Shown here: in pieces, positions 19,601 through 30,300 of the stretch | How positions within the stretch are numbered: the stretch's first letter is position 1 | How the letters are laid out: each line of letters starts with the position of its first letter | From: a virus | Lineage: Duplodnaviria; Caudoviricetes | Reading direction: 5' to 3' (one strand) | Virus record (IMG/VR): IMGVR_UViG_3300012952_003032 | Location: 1 to 35,201 of that record | Length of the DNA: 35,201 nucleotides | Made by a program: the position numbers and the translations under genes | Notes under the pieces: generated by a model | What the model saw: only the letters and a program-made list of their open reading frames with translations | The model's database searches: none | What the model was told of the DNA's origin: nothing

Positions 19601-22600
19601 AAGAGATAGAGGTAGCTTAAGAATTAAAAATAGAATAAAAGAACTTGAAAAAATATTAGCTAAAAAGAAAGCTCCTGAAAAGAAAAAATTACCATTAGAA
19701 GTAACTGATGAAGCTATTGAAGGAGTAAGCCCAAAAGAAGAAAAGATTAATCAAACTCTTGACGTTGCTGAGAGATTATTTAAAACATTTGATGGTAAAA
19801 TCAACATTACAACTGAAAACTCAGGTGCAAGAGAGCCTGTTGCTAAATATGACCCTAATACTAATGCTGTAATTTTAAATTTAGATAATCCAGATTTAGA
19901 TATAGACGCTCCTTTTCATGAATTTTCACATCCTTTTATATCAATGTTAGCAAAAGATAAGCCAGAATTATTTAATTCTATATATGAAGAAGCTATAGCT
20001 GCTGATAATACATTGCTTGAAAGCATAAAGTTTACATATAGAAATGAAATAGCGAACGGAGAATTAGATGAGCAGGGCATAAGAGAAGAAGTTATAGCTC
20101 ATGCTTTAGATAAACTTTCTAAAAAAAGTTATCAACAATTAGAATCTTTAAATAAAAAGAATCCATTAAGAAAAATATGGACTGCTATAAAAAGATTCTT
20201 TAATTATATAATGGATAAATATGGTATTAAAAAGTTTGACAATGCATATAATCTTTTAACCCCATCTACTACACTTAAAGAAATATCTGATATATTAGTT
20301 AACTATGATAATAAATATATTATAGATATGGGTGATAAAGCATTCCAAGATGAAGCAATAGAAATAGCTACTAGAGAAGTTGATATTGCATCTGTAGAAA
20401 TAGCTGAAAATGAAACTGAAGCAGCTATAATTGCAGAAGAAAATGCGTTTATAGACCACATGTCTGGAGTAGTTAGGTCTGTTAAAAGTCAAAAAGATTT
20501 AGATAAAGCTATTAATAAAATAATAAAAATAAGTAATAAAAGATTCCCACATAGAAAAGATAAATATAAAGGAACTGCTATACAAAAATCTATGAATTAT
20601 AGGTTTGGAATAGAGGGAGATTTAATACCCAGTAATAAAAATAGAATTATAGCTAAGATAAAATCTAGAGTAATTAAAGGATTACCAGAAACAGTTAAAC
20701 TAAATGAAAAGCATATAGAAAAACTTGTTAAAGCAAATGAGACAATAAGTGGAGAGATACAATTTAGATTTAGATTTGTAAATAATGAAAAATTAAAAGA
20801 CCCAAATGGTATTTCTAATATAAAGGATTTACACACATGGCCTGGAATTAGAAAAGGTGAGAAAGAAAATATAAAAGAGTTTGCTAAAACTATTAAAGTA
20901 AATAGTATGAAAAATATAGATATAATTAATGCTTATATACTTTATACTAATAAAAAATTAGGTCTTAGTTATGTAGTGTCAAAAAATTACAGTGAAGCAT
21001 TAAATTATAGAGCTTTTTTCCCTGAATTAGCAGAGGAAGATACTTATGAACCTGGAGATGACCTTGATTCTCCAATAAATGAAGCAAGACCTGAAGTTCA
21101 CAGAGTTTTAATAGTCAAAGATAGAGCTTACAAAGCTGGTCATACATTTCCTGAGTTAAAAACTAAAGATGGTAAATTTGGACCAGAATCTGGAAGTCCA
21201 TTAGGATGGTATACAGTAGCTTATGGAGGAGGAAGAGTATTGCTACATGAATTTCAATCTGATGTTTTAATGGAAATATTAGGCGTTATACAAAAAGCTA
21301 ATCTTAATAAGGGTAAAGTTAAATTAGATGCAAAAAAACCTATCCCAAATTTATTAGGATTATTAGAAAAAAATACAATAGAATCTCTAGAAGTTAAGCG
21401 GACTTTAGATAATGAAAAGAAATTTGCAAATGACCCAATAAATAATTACTTTAGAGCAGATACAATAAAAATTCAAGCAGGTTTTAAAAATAGTATATTC
21501 GAAGGAATTCCTTACAAATTTAAGTTAAGTAATTATCAATTTGAATTTGATATGGATTATAGCGAAAATATAGGAAATATTGTTGATACATTTATTAGTC
21601 AATTTAAACTAGATATTGTAGAATCTGATTTAGAAAAAAATAAAATTACCTTAGAACACGTTAAGTTAGTTATAGATAGACTTGTAAATTTAAATGAGCA
21701 TATAGAATATTCAAATCCTAAAGTAGATGCATATGGTCCCCAGTCAGTAGATATGTTTATATCGGAATTAGAACATAGACTTGATAATTTAAAAGGTCGA
21801 AAATATACTGATTTTCAAGAACTTAAAATACAAAAATATATTATGGAGCTTATGGTTGGGTATGGTAATTACAAACCTCATACAAACCAAGAAAGAGCTG
21901 ATTTGCTTGAATTTTATAATTACTATGCAAGAAAACCAGTTAGTAATATTGAATTTGAAGATGGAGAAGATGGATATTCGGAGCCAGTAAAAAGTATAGA
22001 AAGATTCTATGATATTAAAAATAATGAAGATGTTTTTATAAATTTTCCAAATAAAAAAAATTCTTTTTACAGATTTTTATTACAATTAGATAATCAACAA
22101 AGAACCCCAGAGTATTCCAAGCCTCAATTTGTATATAATCCTGACTCTATATATAAAGCAATTAAATCTACTGATATGATAATTGGAATAATGGAAGATG
22201 TTGAACAAATTTCAGATTTAATTAATAAAAATGGAAAACCATCAGCTAAACTTAAGAAAAATAGAAATAAAATGTATCTTACCTATAGAGATGCATCTTC
22301 TTACTTAAATAATTATATTCAAGGTTATATTAAAGATAGAAATGAAATTGAAAATTACGAAGCTTTTAAAACTATTGGAATAGAAGCTCGTCCTGTATTA
22401 TTAAAGGAACTTTTAAAAAGATATAAATATTATAACCAAGAATATAGTAGAAAAATTTCAACTATAGCTTTATTGTCTGAATTTGCTAATGCAAATTATA
22501 GTTCTATGGAAGAATTAACAGGGAAAGAAGAAGCTCTTGATTTAGAAAATGTTGTTGATAATATACCTGAGTTAATAAACGCAAAAAAAGAAATCTCAAT

Positions 22601-25600
22601 AACAGATAACTGGTTTGAGAACTTAATAATGCATAGTATTTTGCATTCAAATGTAACTAAACCTGGTAAAGAAATATATATTAATACTGGCAGCGCCATA
22701 TCTTTAATAGAAGGAAATGATGCTGCAATGAGCGTATATGCTAATAAAAAAGAACATCAATGGAAAAATTTGCATGATGTAGTTAATCGACATGAAATGT
22801 TTAAAACTGAATTTTTTGAAGAAATTACACAGTGGTTTTTAAAGAATAAAAAAGATTTTAAAAATCCAAATGCTATAGATTCTGCGATAAATGCACTTAA
22901 AGTAGTTGGCTGGAGTAATAGCTTATATGGATACTCAAATTCCTATTTATCTGAAAATACTGCAAAAGATATTTCAGAAGCTCAAGATATAATACTTGAT
23001 TTTGTAATAAATGAGAGTAGAAATAATATATTGCTACATCATAATATAAATCATAAGCTTTCTCAAAAATCTTCATCTTTTACATTAAAATGGGGAGATA
23101 AATCTGTTATTACAGAAATTTCAATTGAAAAAATTGCAATCGATAAGAATATTAATATATTAAGTTCTGGTGATGTAAAATACATAGTAGATTTACAAAG
23201 CTTAGAAGTTAATGATAGAATAAGTGTTATTAAAGAGCATAACAAGCAGTTAAAAAAACTTATTGAAAAACAATTTAAAGATGAAACAGATGCTGTAAAA
23301 AAATACCTTTATAATAAACATGCTATATTTGATAGACCTATAATTGAAGGTGTATTTAAAAAAGCTTTAAACAATGTTTCTAAAGATAAATTAAACGGTG
23401 TTGAAATAGAGTTAGTTTATCCTAAATGGTCAGCTACTCCTTTATATAAGGTAACTATTACAGATGACAAAAAGCTTGTTCCAGTTAAATGGAAAAAGAA
23501 ATTACAAACTATTCAAGCTGCAAAAGATGTACCTACATCAGTAGAATCCTTGGAAACTAATCTTAAAACCAAGATTGAATTAGAAAATCTTAATGTAAGA
23601 ACAGAAGAATATAGAATTATAAAAGGATTCTTTGATAGTGCATGGAGAAATATGAATGCAATTTCTGGTAAGAATAAAATAGATATTGAAGATTTTAGAG
23701 AAGTAATGAACCATGTAATAACTGAACAACTTGTACCAGCTTTTGAACAATGGTGGGAAAACAAATTTAAAAATAAATTAAATAAAGATAGCAGCTTAAG
23801 AGATTTAGGTAAAAAGAAATATAAATGGGTAAATAAAGATATTATAAATGAAGAACTTCAAGAGCAGTATACTGATTGGGCTGAAGGTTCATCAGTTAGT
23901 CAGATGCTTGAAAATGGGGTTACTAGTGAAAAGGTTCTTAGTCTTAATGATTTAAAGTATTTCAAAGCATTAAAAATATCTATCACCGATTCTCAAGTAG
24001 ATGCAATATATATAATGGCTAAAAGAGCTAAGTCTTACAATGAATGGAAAGATTTGTTAACAGACTATCTTTCTGTTAGTTTAAAAATAACTCCTGCCCA
24101 AGATAGTGAATTAAAAAAGATATATAGTAGAGTTAAATATAGTACCGTAAGAACAAATAGAGATATGGGAGTTAGTAACGAAAGAGATAATTTCTTTGTA
24201 AAAGTTACTACTAAATACGACAGAAAAAGTCAAAGCTGGAATTTAGTTAAAATAGACGTTAGACAAAAAGGACCAGAAAATGTAGTTACTAAGAATAGCA
24301 ATAATAACTATGAAAAAGTTACATTGTTTGAATCTAACAATGAGATGAACTTATTTAAATTTATAAGCGGTGGAGATGTTTACGGCAATTTTCTTGTCAA
24401 AGACGATAATGGTAATTACATAGAACATGGGCCTAGGGGTCAACTACTAGAAGGTTGGAGAAAAAAATATGGATTTTTTAATAAAGAGGAATTAACAAGA
24501 TTAGAAAACTACCTTAGGACTATGAACTATACTATTGCATTTTCAAGGGGTGATTCTGATACACTTGGTTTTGTTAAAATAACAGACGACCATAAAAATA
24601 GCAGTAAAAATGTCAATGAGTATTGGGAAAAACAATTTGAATCATTAGTTAATACTACAGAAGATTTAGAATATTTAGAAAGTTTACTACCTGACTTAAC
24701 TTCAGGAACTGATATGGATAGAGCAGCTGCTATAGCTATACATGAGGCACTTACTAAAGTATTTCCTAAATATTTATTAGATAGAAATCCTTCTAATATA
24801 TATAAAAGAATTAAAATACCATTCACTCCAGTAACTATAAACAAAGAAATGCCTCCAATCAGAATAGATAGGATAGACCCTAATGATATTGAGTTTATAA
24901 CAGAGCAAAATCCTGATGGGTATGATGCTGTTCAGAATGTTCCAGGCTTAGGTGAAATATATATAGGAGATGGTAATACTCTAACCTCTCAATCATTATT
25001 CGACTTGTTTTATGAATACTTTGGTTTAGCTAGAACAACTGCTAAAGCTAAGACAGTTATATATCATAACGATGGCATAGATGCTATAGCTATAAAACAT
25101 CAACATGTATTAGCTAGAAGACATCTTAAGATAAAAAGTAAATCGACTAAAAAAATTCTATATACAGTAGATAATAATAGAGTTATAAGAGATTCAGAAG
25201 GTGCTATAGTTCATATGTTAGCTACAGATGATGAAATTAAAATAGGTTCAGAAGCATTTGCTTTTGGTTCTATGGAAGTTCCTGGAAAATCTATTGGGTT
25301 TATAAAATTTGATGAAACAAGCAAACAAAATGTTAAACATATAATGCAATGGTATAACTACGTTCAAGACCCTAAGGTTATATCTCAATTTATAAAAACA
25401 TATGGTCCAGTTATAGGAAATGCTGTTACAGAATCTTTAAGTATGGGTATTTTAGATGGAGATTTAAACTCAGCCAAAGGTATATTAAAGTTTTTACAGG
25501 ATAATTCAGGTAGAGAAAATGTAGGTTTTGCTCTTACAGCATTAGAATTAGCGGGATTGGGAGCGGGTGTTCACCCATCTCTTGAGCATGTATTAGATGT

Positions 25601-27374
25601 TCTTGTTCAAACTCAATCTCTTTTACCAGCATTAAACATTGACCAATCTATAGGTTCTATATATGATGTGTCTATGGATGTTACAGGTCAGTTAGATGAA
25701 AATGAAGTTGGATTAGCTATACAAAACTCTAGAGGTATTAAAAAATTAATAGCAAGTAAAATAGGTAAACCTGCAAGTGATTTAAAAATAACTGAAATAA
25801 ATAAATGGCTTTCACAAAAAGATGAAAAAGGAAATTATATAAATAATATATATGTAATGGTAACAAGGTCTCCAGTAGCCTATGCTGGTGGAGCATATAT
25901 GGCTAGGGTTAATAATCTCCATACAAGAAGGTCATTAGCTGAAATAAATATAAATGATTTAAGATTGAAACTAGAAGGTGACGGTGACGGAGATGAGGTT
26001 CATATAGAATTACTAGACGAAGAAACAACTGAAGTTTATAAAGGTTATATGGACACTATAAAAACAGAACCTTTAAATCTTAATCTTTTTAAATCTAAAA
26101 CACCTAGGAAAATATCAACTAAGGAACAAAAATTAGATACAATATCTTCTTTAATAGCTGGTCAAATAGCTATAGCTGAAATAGCAAATGTAAATGCCGT
26201 ATATGGTATGTTATCAAATACATTTAATAGTTTTAAATTTCAAGGTATTGAGATTAAAATAAGAAAACCTGATGATAAGGTAAAGTTTCCTGAGGCTTAT
26301 TTTGATGGTAAAAAGGGAGCTTGGGACGGAACACTCGCAGAATACCTTAGAATATGGCTGCAAGCAGCTGTTGATAACAATGAATTTGGTTTATTATATG
26401 ATTGGAATTATAGCCAAGATAAATTACTTGAAAATTTATTCGAAGGACCTCTACCAGATGGATTTATGTCTATGGTAAAACCTATACTTGATTACTATAA
26501 GCAAGTGCTTAGCATAAGAAGAGGTTATAACTTTGAAAAAGGTAACTTTAGATTAAGTGATACTCTTCGTATAAGCGAACAAGTTTATGATAAAGCTTTA
26601 GATAGAGAATCTTTTAATGTGCAAGAAGGTGAAGCTACTATATTTTCAGCTAATGTTAAAAACAGGCAGCTAACACCATATGAACTTGTTGCAGTAGCTC
26701 CTTATAGAATGTGGCAAAAAATTTCAAAAGAAAATAATATGTTTGGGTTTAATGGAACTCCTTATAAAATATCAGATAGAGTGCATAGAAATGCTCATAA
26801 ATATGGAAGAGATTTTCTTGAAGCTAATTTAGAAAATACATGGATACAAGCTAAAGATTTTGATTTAGAAAGTGGTAATTGGGATGGTGTCAACGAAGCA
26901 GCATATTTAAAAACTGAAGTTGAAGCTGGTACAAAATATATAAAAGGAACTACTAAACAACCTGGAATGGGGATTGAATTGTATAGAATGCTTAAAGAGC
27001 TTAAAAAATTAGGTCCTCAAACAATTGATAGAAATGATGATTTTATTGCATGGAAAGAAAAATGGGATAGTAAGTTTAAAGGATTATCTAAAGTCGCTCA
27101 AGTAGCTGCTACCATTTCATTTTTAAGAGGTTATTTAACATTAAACCAAAAATTAGAGTTAACTAAAGGAACTCAGCATCCTAAAATTTTCCCTTCAGTT
27201 AGTAAAAAGGAAACAGAAATTAGCTTGCTTGAGCCAAATATTATTGAGAAATTCTTTGAGAAATACCATGAATATATTAATAAAAAGGACCCTATGAGCT
27301 TAAATAAAGTAGTTGAGAATAGTTCTGAGCATGTAGATTTAATTAAATCAGTAATGAGAATATGTGGAGGATAG
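16680..27374 (+). CDS. Giant 3564-aa virion polyprotein with a zincin metallopeptidase-like domain and a two-barrel (double-psi beta-barrel) RNA polymerase
   Basis: Gly-zipper hydrophobic segment from aa ~201; HEFSH (1080-84) plus EE (1136-37); HEFQSD (1523-28); GDG (2763-65); RSP (3063-65); DGDGD (3101-05); QAAVD (3228-32). AGGAG SD. Confidence 0.8.
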   Translation: MSKVTGYDFLSVDEDNWDDLTFEEQQRKIEEEKKKLFDSLQEIENTEYKTQSDVANYLRNQSYLEGNFDRYANLSDEKVIELGQAFGEDITGEIYEPTAGDISAFKLKQLENRLYNMDAYGIAGKDLNWGDVGETKAILDEGIAAWDDYIKNNPKARATAEWLGSELETLDNPQEFSKWILSMGYDVGSSVGFSMASAKIGGATGGLAGSFVPGVGTALGATAGAVTAGGLASSVQMGGNTLRSEYERLQQDSQLDGQQFLSMVELAKETYNKEYPDGNFNTNAVDKNGKPLYPMLFDENNPNGTVTNKTELFNLYLKDRFQKIDDNNFIMKGLSGEEAVAAATGTANWSASVGALIEQVSMAGKILKILPKGRFNPKYLTNNTFTRMNDKLKNKALLYPRSGVKNKVKSYLTYGGPKALAEMSAEATEEVLQGFNDAIASTYTPELAGKGIINGLQEMYYPPTDFWDHHGGWTQLRDEIAGGMLGSAPISAVTATKSITTLGDRAINRDILKKSKTQEGVRYAVEKGVDDKNRKTYNVVGYNTTKKDGERVVSVKADMSKLKDKEGKSLQTSFAKFDDAFNVANTYNQQEAANINQIQAWKYRDIRNGSTKVVQNDDGTFSVEIYNNDGKLFKKDEEVYNKKYKANRRNKQLTNTLETIDENYRKYKLDNTEDNEVIMNFLDNQNKKKQVFKNLDNENVSVENDNINIQMGIAAFMMEKLQNADDGARTTYNDMFDKTSSNPDEIINLIKQDNDNKILTDRGHSPDKLLTAFDETFGPDSPNPIDNFTAKRKELNNALYPQGPPKNQNKPSAIEGPDVNQKPLVVGKGDITVEEGPDVLTPSDTEGPDVVQPTLFEDGPTKKTKGKPTKRKSSVSLAKTPTDTIIKNIDELKASIPKTEEGSTQRKFAEKRLSLLEKEIERRKTEEKKAPEVKDSWKKHRWAEDAFYDAKSPEEELEILKGKRKPENYPILTERDRGSLRIKNRIKELEKILAKKKAPEKKKLPLEVTDEAIEGVSPKEEKINQTLDVAERLFKTFDGKINITTENSGAREPVAKYDPNTNAVILNLDNPDLDIDAPFHEFSHPFISMLAKDKPELFNSIYEEAIAADNTLLESIKFTYRNEIANGELDEQGIREEVIAHALDKLSKKSYQQLESLNKKNPLRKIWTAIKRFFNYIMDKYGIKKFDNAYNLLTPSTTLKEISDILVNYDNKYIIDMGDKAFQDEAIEIATREVDIASVEIAENETEAAIIAEENAFIDHMSGVVRSVKSQKDLDKAINKIIKISNKRFPHRKDKYKGTAIQKSMNYRFGIEGDLIPSNKNRIIAKIKSRVIKGLPETVKLNEKHIEKLVKANETISGEIQFRFRFVNNEKLKDPNGISNIKDLHTWPGIRKGEKENIKEFAKTIKVNSMKNIDIINAYILYTNKKLGLSYVVSKNYSEALNYRAFFPELAEEDTYEPGDDLDSPINEARPEVHRVLIVKDRAYKAGHTFPELKTKDGKFGPESGSPLGWYTVAYGGGRVLLHEFQSDVLMEILGVIQKANLNKGKVKLDAKKPIPNLLGLLEKNTIESLEVKRTLDNEKKFANDPINNYFRADTIKIQAGFKNSIFEGIPYKFKLSNYQFEFDMDYSENIGNIVDTFISQFKLDIVESDLEKNKITLEHVKLVIDRLVNLNEHIEYSNPKVDAYGPQSVDMFISELEHRLDNLKGRKYTDFQELKIQKYIMELMVGYGNYKPHTNQERADLLEFYNYYARKPVSNIEFEDGEDGYSEPVKSIERFYDIKNNEDVFINFPNKKNSFYRFLLQLDNQQRTPEYSKPQFVYNPDSIYKAIKSTDMIIGIMEDVEQISDLINKNGKPSAKLKKNRNKMYLTYRDASSYLNNYIQGYIKDRNEIENYEAFKTIGIEARPVLLKELLKRYKYYNQEYSRKISTIALLSEFANANYSSMEELTGKEEALDLENVVDNIPELINAKKEISITDNWFENLIMHSILHSNVTKPGKEIYINTGSAISLIEGNDAAMSVYANKKEHQWKNLHDVVNRHEMFKTEFFEEITQWFLKNKKDFKNPNAIDSAINALKVVGWSNSLYGYSNSYLSENTAKDISEAQDIILDFVINESRNNILLHHNINHKLSQKSSSFTLKWGDKSVITEISIEKIAIDKNINILSSGDVKYIVDLQSLEVNDRISVIKEHNKQLKKLIEKQFKDETDAVKKYLYNKHAIFDRPIIEGVFKKALNNVSKDKLNGVEIELVYPKWSATPLYKVTITDDKKLVPVKWKKKLQTIQAAKDVPTSVESLETNLKTKIELENLNVRTEEYRIIKGFFDSAWRNMNAISGKNKIDIEDFREVMNHVITEQLVPAFEQWWENKFKNKLNKDSSLRDLGKKKYKWVNKDIINEELQEQYTDWAEGSSVSQMLENGVTSEKVLSLNDLKYFKALKISITDSQVDAIYIMAKRAKSYNEWKDLLTDYLSVSLKITPAQDSELKKIYSRVKYSTVRTNRDMGVSNERDNFFVKVTTKYDRKSQSWNLVKIDVRQKGPENVVTKNSNNNYEKVTLFESNNEMNLFKFISGGDVYGNFLVKDDNGNYIEHGPRGQLLEGWRKKYGFFNKEELTRLENYLRTMNYTIAFSRGDSDTLGFVKITDDHKNSSKNVNEYWEKQFESLVNTTEDLEYLESLLPDLTSGTDMDRAAAIAIHEALTKVFPKYLLDRNPSNIYKRIKIPFTPVTINKEMPPIRIDRIDPNDIEFITEQNPDGYDAVQNVPGLGEIYIGDGNTLTSQSLFDLFYEYFGLARTTAKAKTVIYHNDGIDAIAIKHQHVLARRHLKIKSKSTKKILYTVDNNRVIRDSEGAIVHMLATDDEIKIGSEAFAFGSMEVPGKSIGFIKFDETSKQNVKHIMQWYNYVQDPKVISQFIKTYGPVIGNAVTESLSMGILDGDLNSAKGILKFLQDNSGRENVGFALTALELAGLGAGVHPSLEHVLDVLVQTQSLLPALNIDQSIGSIYDVSMDVTGQLDENEVGLAIQNSRGIKKLIASKIGKPASDLKITEINKWLSQKDEKGNYINNIYVMVTRSPVAYAGGAYMARVNNLHTRRSLAEININDLRLKLEGDGDGDEVHIELLDEETTEVYKGYMDTIKTEPLNLNLFKSKTPRKISTKEQKLDTISSLIAGQIAIAEIANVNAVYGMLSNTFNSFKFQGIEIKIRKPDDKVKFPEAYFDGKKGAWDGTLAEYLRIWLQAAVDNNEFGLLYDWNYSQDKLLENLFEGPLPDGFMSMVKPILDYYKQVLSIRRGYNFEKGNFRLSDTLRISEQVYDKALDRESFNVQEGEATIFSANVKNRQLTPYELVAVAPYRMWQKISKENNMFGFNGTPYKISDRVHRNAHKYGRDFLEANLENTWIQAKDFDLESGNWDGVNEAAYLKTEVEAGTKYIKGTTKQPGMGIELYRMLKELKKLGPQTIDRNDDFIAWKEKWDSKFKGLSKVAQVAATISFLRGYLTLNQKLELTKGTQHPKIFPSVSKKETEISLLEPNIIEKFFEKYHEYINKKDPMSLNKVVENSSEHVDLIKSVMRICGG
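19122..19229 (+). repeat. Three in-frame EGPDV repeats in a Pro-rich linker
   Basis: gaaggtccagatgtt / gaaggtcctgatgtt / gagggtcctgatgta at 19122, 19182 and 19215. Confidence 0.8.
19459..19679 (+). repeat. 17-bp direct repeat (aaaagaaagctcctgaa, KKAPE), copies 204 bp apart
   Basis: Copies at 19459-19475 and 19663-19679. Confidence 0.8.
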
Positions 27375-30300
27375 ATGGCAACTAAATGTGACATAGCAAA
27401 AGCTGATGCTGAAAATATAATAGATAATCAGGAGCATAAAGAAGAATATCTAGATAAAAATTCCAAAGTAAATAAAGTATTAGATGAAGGTAAAGAGCTT
27501 CAGGAAATATTAGATAATGAATATAGCAAAGGTCAATTTGTTGATGAATCTATTATTAATGAAAAAATTAATAAATTATATGGCAAGAATAGCGAAAGAA
27601 AAAAAATTGCTATTAAAATAAGAGCATTAATGGATGCTAATGAATCTTTAGCTGAATACATTCTCCAGTTTGCTATTGAACATATAGGTGAAAATCAAAA
27701 AGTAGGTACTGCCGTATCTAAGGATGAAAATGGTAATCTAGTTCAAGTAGATAGGTATATAGAGTTATCAAGGTTTCCAATATCATCACTTAAAGCAATA
27801 TATAAAGAAGCCTTAAAACCTTCATTTTCAACAGAAGGTGTAGGACTTACAAACTTTAATGGAATATTTACAAATTTAATTACTCCAAAACAAAGAGGAG
27901 CAAAAGAACCATCTGGTGCATTTTGGATTATACAAAGAGCTGTAAATGGTTATGCTAATAGAGTTTCACATAGGATTGATAGATTTACAAGTAAATTAAA
28001 AGATAAAAATGAAAAAACTGTTTGGAAAGGTATGAATAATGTTTATGAGTCTATCCAAAATCTAGTAAGTTATCATCCGCAAAGTTCAGACCCTGATTTA
28101 GACATTAAATATACATCATTCTTTTCAAGATTTATGGAAGGAAGAATATTTCAAAATGATAACGGTGAATGGATGATTTATGCTGATTATGGTCCAATTA
28201 CTAACGAAAGAAATTTTGTTCAATTTTATGAAAAAAGCAACGATGTTAAACATGGTTGGCAAAATGCTGTTTTATTAAAAGACTTCACTCCTCAAAATAA
28301 GAAAAAAGGAGATTACTATATAGAAATGCCTGCAAAGGCTAGAAAAAAATTCTTTGAACTAGTAAATGAAGCTAGAAAAATAGATAATGCATCATTTGAA
28401 TACTTTCAAAAAGCTATGCAAGGTTCATTAGATAATATAGCTGATGAATTACATCAAGCATTTCCTAATTTAAAAAGACAAGAAGTTTTCCAGATAATGT
28501 TTAGAAACAAAACTGAGACAAGTAAAAATTTAAGTAAAATAATACTATCAAAATTAACTGAGGAACAATTAGAACTTTACGAGACATTGCACAAAGCATT
28601 TGAACCTATGATACAAGATGAGTTTATATTAGTTACTGGTTCTAAGGTTGAAAAAAGAAAGAATCACTGGCCTGGTCAATTTAATGAAGATTTATTTAAA
28701 CCAATGTTAGACAAATTAATAATGGAACTTGACAATACAGTTGATAGTATAACAAAACTACATGATAATAAAGAGGATGAGTTAGGTAATAAGTTTGACG
28801 ATAGTGAACTGGCTCATTTACGTAAAACAATTAGAGTATATAATTCCAAATTAAATTATGCTAAAGTTTTATCTAAAAAATTAGATGGTTACCCTACTGA
28901 TGTAGTTCACAATCAAGTATTAGCTTTAGTTAATGATAATAAATTCTTTAAAAGAATATCAAATGCTTACGATAGAGGCCAAGCCAGGACAGATGAAGGT
29001 GTGTATTTTGATTATTTAAGGAATATGTCTGGTACAGTTGAAAGAAACATACTTGTGTCCAAATTAATAAAAAGTATAGTAACATCTAAGAATAAGAATT
29101 CAGACAGAATGCATAAAGTTGTTTCTAGGTCAGCTATAAACTTATTTAAAGTTCCTTTTCATGGAACAGATATATTTAGAACTGGATTTTTAAATAGAAT
29201 ACTGCCTACTCCAAATACAGTAGAGGGTATTAATAATATGTTGAATTACATACCAGGTAGAAATAAAACTGCTCTACAATTAGCTAAAACATATAGATTT
29301 ATATCAAGTTATTTATCTGGGACTTATTTAGCTGGACTTGGAACTACTGTTCAAAATATGACAGATACATTAAGAAATATAATATATTCATCTTTTTCAG
29401 AGTTTCAAGCTGCTAGAAGAGACTTAGTTGACCCTACAAAAAGAAAAAATATAGAAAGAATTATACAAGCTTCTGGTATTACAGAATTCTCTGATTTTTT
29501 TAGCAAATCTATGGTAAATGGAATTATAGACAGACAATTAGAAAATGCTATAGCAAATAGAGTATTAAAAGCTATGATGGATTGGGCTAATAGTAATCAA
29601 AAATCCCCCAAATCTTGGTCAAAAAATACAGAAAAATTCCTAGAAACAGTAACTGAATTATTAGAAAAATCTAATTCTATATTAAAACCTGAAGATTTTT
29701 TAAAATTTGGCCTTACTAAAGAACAGATAAAAAGAAGAAGAAAACAAATAGGTCAAGAAAAAAGACTTATGTTTGCTAATAAATTAGTTCAATTTGCTAT
29801 AGAAAAAGAGTTTGTATTTGCTGATGCTATTAAACAAAGACCTTGGAGTCCTTTTATTAAAAAATCAGCTAGTGTTGCAGTAGAAGGTTATATAGCTACT
29901 ACTACATTATTTAATGTTGGTAATAAAGCTTTAACAATGAGTGCTACTGAAAGATGGATAAGAAGTGTTAGTTTTGTTATAGGATTAAATAGAGCTCAAA
30001 GAGCAGGTTTAATGAATCAAGATATTCCTTGGTATAAATTTACAGATACTAAGGATATAAATGAAGCAATTAAAATAGGTAGGGGTTATCAAGAAAGAGT
30101 TAATTTTGGATTATCTACACAAGCAGTAGGTGAGTATTTTTATAATGGATGGGGTATGCTCCAAGGTAAGTTTAAGTATTGGTCTAATCAAAAGTTTGGA
30201 GCTGATGTAAGGTTGTGGAAAGAGGCTTATGCGTCTATGGAGAGTATGAAAAATATAGAAAGTAATGCTTTTGATTTTAAAGCTATTGGAAAAATGTTTT

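Noticed and set aside
16680-27374. N4-type (T7-fold) virion RNAP assignment
   Set aside because: The motifs seen (RxP...DxDGD) are two-barrel type; no right-hand polymerase A/B/C motif set was recognised.
27360-27400. Split intein at the giant-gene junction
   Set aside because: No intein blocks (no N-terminal C/S-start Hint motif, no terminal His-Asn).
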